DNA of 64,000 nucleotides from the NCBI GenBank assembly GCA_964016885.1, contig OZ024751.1, positions 6,324,001 to 6,388,000 on the forward strand. Reading direction: 5' to 3'. The notes under the pieces are model-generated. The model was given only the letters and a program-made list of their open reading frames with translations. It had not been told where the DNA came from and did not search any database. This document shows, piece after piece, positions 61,277-64,000 of this stretch. Positions within the stretch are counted from its first letter, which is position 1. Each line of letters begins with the position of its first letter. The translations under genes and the position numbers were made by a program. This DNA is from Eledone cirrhosa (Eukaryota).

Positions 61277-61720
61277 AAGAAATCGGAGAATAGACCGTTA
61301 AAACATGTTTATTTAAAACACCACCTACGTACGTTTCGCCCAGTTGGGCTTCTCAAGGGCATAAATAATCACAAGTGTTCCTTATATTGCTGGGAAAGAG
61401 TTTTTGGGGTTAAATCCACATCAAGGTTCATTGCTCAAAAAAATATCTTGTTTTGATTTTGCAGCAGGTCAAGGGAGGTAACTCTGGCCGGTGTTAAGGC
61501 AGTCTTTCCCGGACACATTTTTTTTTTTTTTTTTTTTTTCCGCATCTGTTTGTCTGACAAACAGATGCGGCAAAAAAAAAAAAAGAAAAAAAAAAACCTC
61601 TTTCCGAGCAATATAAGGAACACTTGTGATTATTTATGCCCTTGAGAAGCCCAACTGGGCGAAACGTACGTAGGTGCTGTTTTAAATAAACATGTTTTAA
61701 CGGTCTATTCTCCGATTTTT
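61277..61720. repeat. Inverted repeat (~120-bp arms), each arm carrying a U3-A8 hammerhead
   Basis: 61281-61401 is the reverse complement of 61598-61718; inner hairpin ccgcatctgtttgtc/gacaaacagatgcgg flanked by polyT/polyA. Confidence 0.88.
61631..61688 (+). ncRNA. Type I hammerhead, compensatory U3-A8 core variant (mirror copy at ~61310-61367, minus strand)
   Basis: cc-TTGAGAA-gccc(aact)gggc-GAAA-cgtacg-TA-gg; distal tattta/taaata. Confidence 0.7.
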
Positions 61721-61891
61721 AACTTTCCCACGTGCTTACGCTCTGCTAACTCTCTAGCCCACTAAATATTAACACTTCGAATATTTAATACTGCCGGCAC
61801 TAGTATCGAGCACTTTTGGCATACGCTACTTGGCAAATAACTATATGTATCACCTATCCTACCCTTTTTTCTCTTTCTCGATACGTAAATA

Positions 61892-61934
<43 letters not shown>

Positions 61935-61977
61935 AAAATAAACAAAGAGGCCTTCAATACATCAAAAGTCTTTATTA

Positions 61978-62018
61978 GCCAACAATGTTTCGTCCCATTA
62001 ATAAGGACTCATCAGGGC
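61978..62018 (-). ncRNA. Type I hammerhead ribozyme, intact core
   Basis: Reverse complement reads gcc-CTGATGA-gtcct..gggac-GAAA-cattg-TT-ggc, then aataaa. Confidence 0.8.
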
Positions 62019-62305
62019 AAGCAAAGAAACAAGAAGCATTAACGGCCAGATCCATCCAAAACTCAGAAGAATAGGGAATTTATATTTATGAAAGCTTAGG
62101 AAAGATATCAAGGAAAAGCATGCTAAACCTAAAAGTGTGCAGTTACATATATAGACTATAGGGCATGAAAGCGGGTAATATGTCAAACCTACGTTGAAAG
62201 TACAGTATAATACAAACACATGTAACACAACATAGTAATATATTGTGAGAATTACAATATGATATTGAATACAATATAATGGATAATAAGGAATAAAAAG
62301 CTTAA

Positions 62306-62372
<67 letters not shown>

Positions 62373-63328
62373 ATATATATACACATTTACACAAACACAT
62401 ACTAACACTTATTAAGTATTTAAATATAAATATACTCGTTATAATATTAAAAAAACCTTTATAATAGAATAAACCAATCACCCTGACGTTGTGCATAAAC
62501 AATACAGAAAACAATAGAATAATATACTGACATCAAAAAATATATAAAACAACATCATACATATTATTTAAGGTCAATAAATTGTATATAAAGTTTTTCA
62601 CAGGGTAAGAAAAAATATCATACAAAACTAAAGTATGTTGAAAAAATATATATAAATACATAAAGTATTGACAATAAACACATAGAGGTATAGGTAGTTT
62701 ACATTCATAAAATATTACAAAATATTACAAAACAGTACCTCAAATATCTGACATATATTAATATCTATAATTCAATTACATAAAAATAATATCATATATC
62801 AATGTTAATATTATAATAGCAGACAGACAGAGTCAATGGAAAATGCTTAAGACATATTTACGCGATTGATATAGGGAGACATATTATGATACAATAACGT
62901 ATGATAGGAAGACAGACAGCAGCATGTGGTAGTAAAAAAAATAAATAAATAAAACGAAGAACAAAAACAAAAACAAGCACAGTTACGTAGGTATTAAGTC
63001 GTTAGGTAAATATAGATGAAAGAATTGAATAGAAAACCCTATTAAATTAATTGATATTAAAATTACATAAAAGATATTATTGGTCACTTCAAATGGAATA
63101 AAGTTTAAGTCATCAAAGTCGTATAAAACTTAGATATTTCCATAAAAACTATCAAGATATATTACGTTCCGTTCAGACGAATTACGTTATCAAAGAAAAC
63201 CTCTAAATAAAACTATGGTAGACTAATGGGAACAGAAAGAAGTGAAACTATGGAGGATAGGAAGGATCATAAAAGTAAAATTTATATATAATATATTATA
63301 TAATAAAAAGGAGCATAAAAGTAAAATT

Positions 63329-63396
<68 letters not shown>

Positions 63397-63812
63397 TATA
63401 TAAAATATATATATATATATATATATATTTGCCTCTATCTTTGCTACGGCCCTTGATAAACCTGTTCTACATCATCCACTCTCATCCCAGGAACAGTTTT
63501 TGATAGCGCTAGTTTGTGATTTAAATTCAGGAATTTTATATTCTTTGAATGAAAAGAACCTGCTGACGAGAATCTCTTTGCAACGAAGGCCGTATGGTCT
63601 CCGTTTTATTTTTGGGATTCGAAACTGATCGGTAAAGGTAACTATAGTAGGTAAAGTCAATTTTTTAAAATTTCTTTTGAAACTTTTTCAATATTTACTA
63701 AACCTTGTTTATATTTGTTCTGGCTCGTTAATTTATTAACCCGCCATTGAACCACATTGGCACTTGGTTGGACAATACATGCGTACCTTGGCGCCTTGTG
63801 CGTGAAGGGACG

Positions 63813-63870
<58 letters not shown>

Positions 63871-63874
63871 GTAT

Positions 63875-63909
<35 letters not shown>

Positions 63910-64000
63910 TATAGATAGATAGATACACATCATAAATTTGCAGTCACATTCCTGTTGCCCTTTCAGCTAGTTACTCTATATGCAGAGGAAATGATTATAA

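Noticed and set aside
63440-63820. Possible coding exon or TE fragment (minus strand)
   Set aside because: No recognisable motif; short frames with stops.

Overview
AT-rich, microsatellite-dense eukaryotic (metazoan, most likely cephalopod/Octopus-like) intergenic or intronic DNA. I see no host gene. Almost all ORFs in the track are (TA)n/(TG)n artefacts or decayed transposon frames. The window is a graveyard of retroelements: about 8 Penelope-like elements (PLEs; RT + C-terminal GIY-YIG; Naiad-, Nematis- and Neptune-like), RTE and R4-like LINE fragments, tRNA-type SINEs, one decayed autonomous and two non-autonomous Helitrons, and a 67-copy 44-bp satellite grown inside a SINE. The main hidden signal is RNA-level: about 20 type I hammerhead ribozyme (HHR) motifs on both strands. 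Most sit in PLE pseudo-LTRs. The best one lies in a non-coding, apparently identical 310-bp tandem repeat (49239-50059), where each unit carries an HHR (two of the three with an extended stem I). This is the architecture of a non-LTR retrozyme that should yield 310-nt self-cleaved, probably circular RNAs. All alignments and folds were done by eye. Element boundaries are approximate; ribozyme core coordinates were counted directly.
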